A stretch of DNA of 64,000 nucleotides from Mobula hypostoma (lineage: Eukaryota): assembly GCF_963921235.1 (NCBI RefSeq), contig NC_086097.1, positions 9,424,001 through 9,488,000 on the forward strand. Direction: 5' to 3'. The notes beneath the pieces were generated by a model. The model did not search any database. It had not been told where the DNA came from and saw nothing but the letters and a program-made list of their open reading frames with translations. The position numbers and the translations under genes are program-made. This document shows positions 61,861 through 64,000 of this stretch, piece after piece. Within the stretch, counting starts at the first letter, position 1. Each line of letters begins with the position of its first letter.

Positions 61861-62414
61861 TTCGGCATTTTTCAGCGATTTTCCTCAGTGTGGAGTTTCT
61901 ACCCAACCCTGACTCAGATTTTTGTTATCAGTGGACGTTGACATTGATATCTGCAATAATTAAGGAAAAGATCAATAATTGGCAGTTGAACCTTTCTGAG
62001 TAGTTTCAAACATTTATAGTCACAGGTTATATCATTATTACCTTCCTCTGAGGTTTGGATACTCAAATCGTGTTTGACAAGAAGGTTGCTTTATTAATAC
62101 AGGAGCTGACAATGGAACACAACCATTGTGTGCCTTATAATGGATTGAAGCTCACCTGTTAAAGAAGCTGGAAACAATTGTGTCATGGACATTTCTCAGA
62201 GGAAGTTAATTTTCCTCCGGCATTGGCAACAGCCTTTACTTATAACAGCATGATATATTTTCTCTTTGACTTTCTCTTGTCCTTAATACTTACCTACTGA
62301 GTGTCCATTATGCTGCTGTTGCTCAGGACCACAATGAAGTTCCTCTTATCCCTGCTGGTGTTCAGGGCTTCCTTCATGATGTCAGTAGCATCCTCTTGGA
62401 TTTCACCTGTCAGA

Positions 62415-62675
62415 GGTTAGCTCAACACCTTACAGTACGAACGACCCAGGTTCAATTGCTGCCGCTCCCTGTCAGGAGTTTTCCCTATGACCACATGGCT
62501 TTCCTCCAGTTGCTCCAGCTTCCTCCCACAGTCCAAAGATGTACTGGTCGGTAAGGTTAATCAGTCATTGTAAATTGTCCCATAATTAGGCTAGGATTAA
62601 ATTGGAGGATTGCTGGATGACGCAGCTCGAAGGGCTGGAAGAACTACACTGTACTGTATCTCAATAAAATAAATT
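62415..62675 (+). mobile_element. V-domain SINE
   Basis: B-box ggttcaatt, V-domain ttcctcccacagtccaaagat and aataaa tail. Confidence 0.8.
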
Positions 62676-62756
62676 AAAGGCTGTGGGTGGAGACTCAGGA
62701 ATACCATCGCACTCAGATGTAGAAGGAATGTCCATTGCTGTTTCCCTAACAGTTGT

Positions 62757-63295
62757 TAGAACATAGAACAATACAGCACAGTACAGGTCCTTCAGCCCAC
62801 AATGTTGTGCTGACCCTCAAACCCTGCCTCCCATATAACCCCCCACTTTAAATTCCTCCATATACCTGTCTAGTAGTCTCTTAAACTTCACTAGTGTATC
62901 TGCCTCCACCACTGACTCAGGCAGTGCATTCCATGCACCAACCACTCTCCGAGTAAAACACTTCCTCTAATATCCCCCTTGAACTTCCCACCCCTTACCT
63001 TAAAGCCATGTCCTCTTGTATTGAGCAGTGGTGCCCTGGGGAAGAGGCGCTGGCTATCCACTCTATCTATTCCTCTTATTATCTTGTACACCTCTATCAT
63101 GTCTCCTCTCATCCTCCTTCTCTCCAAAGAGTAAAGCCCTAGCTCCCTTAATCTCTGATCATAATGCATACTCTCTAAACCAGGCAGCATCCTGGTAAAT
63201 CTCCTCTGTACCCTTTCCAATGCTTCCACATCCTTCCTATAGTGAGGTGACCAGCACTGGACACAGTGCTCCAAGTGCGGCCTAACCAGAGTTTT
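62757..63295 (-). mobile_element. Young CR1 3' fragment
   Basis: LVRPHLEHCVQCWSPHYRKDVEALERVQRRFTRMLPGL, with a tagaaacatagaa tail. Confidence 0.9.
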
Positions 63296-63699
63296 AAAGC
63301 CTTCAGCTGAATCCCTGAACCTGGAGGCCTTGTGAACCACTATTCATCTGGCCTCTATCCTTCGACCTGTTTGGCATAGATGATCCAACCAACATCCAAA
63401 GCATAAAGTCTGACTCCAGCCAAAAAAACTACAAAAAAAACTAAATGTTGCCTTGGTGTTAAGGGAAGATAGTCTCACCTCTTTTCTAACATTCAGCATT
63501 TGTAAGCCAGATAGTTTGAAGGTAAAACTGGCTGAGAAGCAGCTTTCTTTGAATTTTATGGTCTTCAAAAAATTGCAGCAACAAAATAGGTGGGTTGAAA
63601 AACTAACTATATGTCCTTTGACCTTGCGTTCTTGATGCAATTTCTCTTCAGCATCTCAATGCCATTTTCAAAAGGAGAACTGAAAAATTTATCTTAAGT

Positions 63700-64000
63700 T
63701 GGTCAGTTCAGATTGGCAACAACATCTCCTCCATGATCTCCCTCAGCACAGACGCACCAGAAGGCTGTCCGCGTAGCCCCCTGCTCTTCTCGCCTTTACC
63801 AACCAGTAAGCACATCTGCATGAAACGCTGTCACAATAAAGTAGCGTCCTTCATCAGGGACCCCAGACAATCAAGGCATGTTCTCTTCTCATTTATGCCA
63901 ACATGAAGAAAGAAGTGAAGTTTCAGGACTCACAGCACCAGGTTCAGGAACAGTTACTACCCCTCATCCCTCTGATCTTGAAACAAGGGGGATTACTTCA
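63700..64000 (+). mobile_element. Deleted Rex1 fragments
   Basis: gtcagttcagattggcaacaacatctcctcc and accaggttcaggaacagttactacccc match other Rex1 copies. Confidence 0.65.

Noticed and set aside
1..64000. CRISPR array, retron or other prokaryotic RT-associated system
   Set aside because: No regularly spaced repeats or operons. All RTs belong to eukaryotic LINE clades in vertebrate-type repeat DNA.

Overview
This is eukaryotic, repeat-dominated DNA, either intergenic or deep intronic. I found no host exon, rRNA, functional tRNA or CRISPR array. The repeat content (HE1/V-type SINEs, CR1, Rex1/Babar, RTE, L1, Neptune-type Penelope, Tc1, hAT, Gypsy) points to a cartilaginous fish, probably a ray or shark; this is an inference from repeat families recognised from memory, not from a database search. 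Every ORF I could recognise is a decayed transposon fragment. Highlights: (1) About 14 copies of a Penelope-derived terminal repeat carry a minimal type I hammerhead ribozyme motif (reconstructed consensus CAGUC-CUGAYGA-A-GGGU-CUCG-GCCC-GAAAC-GUC^GACUG). Stem I covaries between copies, and the repeat has spread as 140-200 bp non-coding units with 10-16 bp target-site duplications (TSDs). No single copy here is fully intact. (2) An 11-kb nest at 49.3-60.4 kb is six levels deep (Penelope > Tc1 > CR1 > Rex1 > RTE > hAT, plus a HERO branch) and can be resolved by TSDs. (3) A HERO-like restriction-like endonuclease frame and an AT-rich R4/Dong-like element are both largely missed by the ORF track. 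(4) There are composite hAT/Tc1 MITEs, modular SINEs, a Gypsy element with solo LTRs, and several repeat-free islands that may be conserved non-coding elements. Boundaries without a TSD are approximate.
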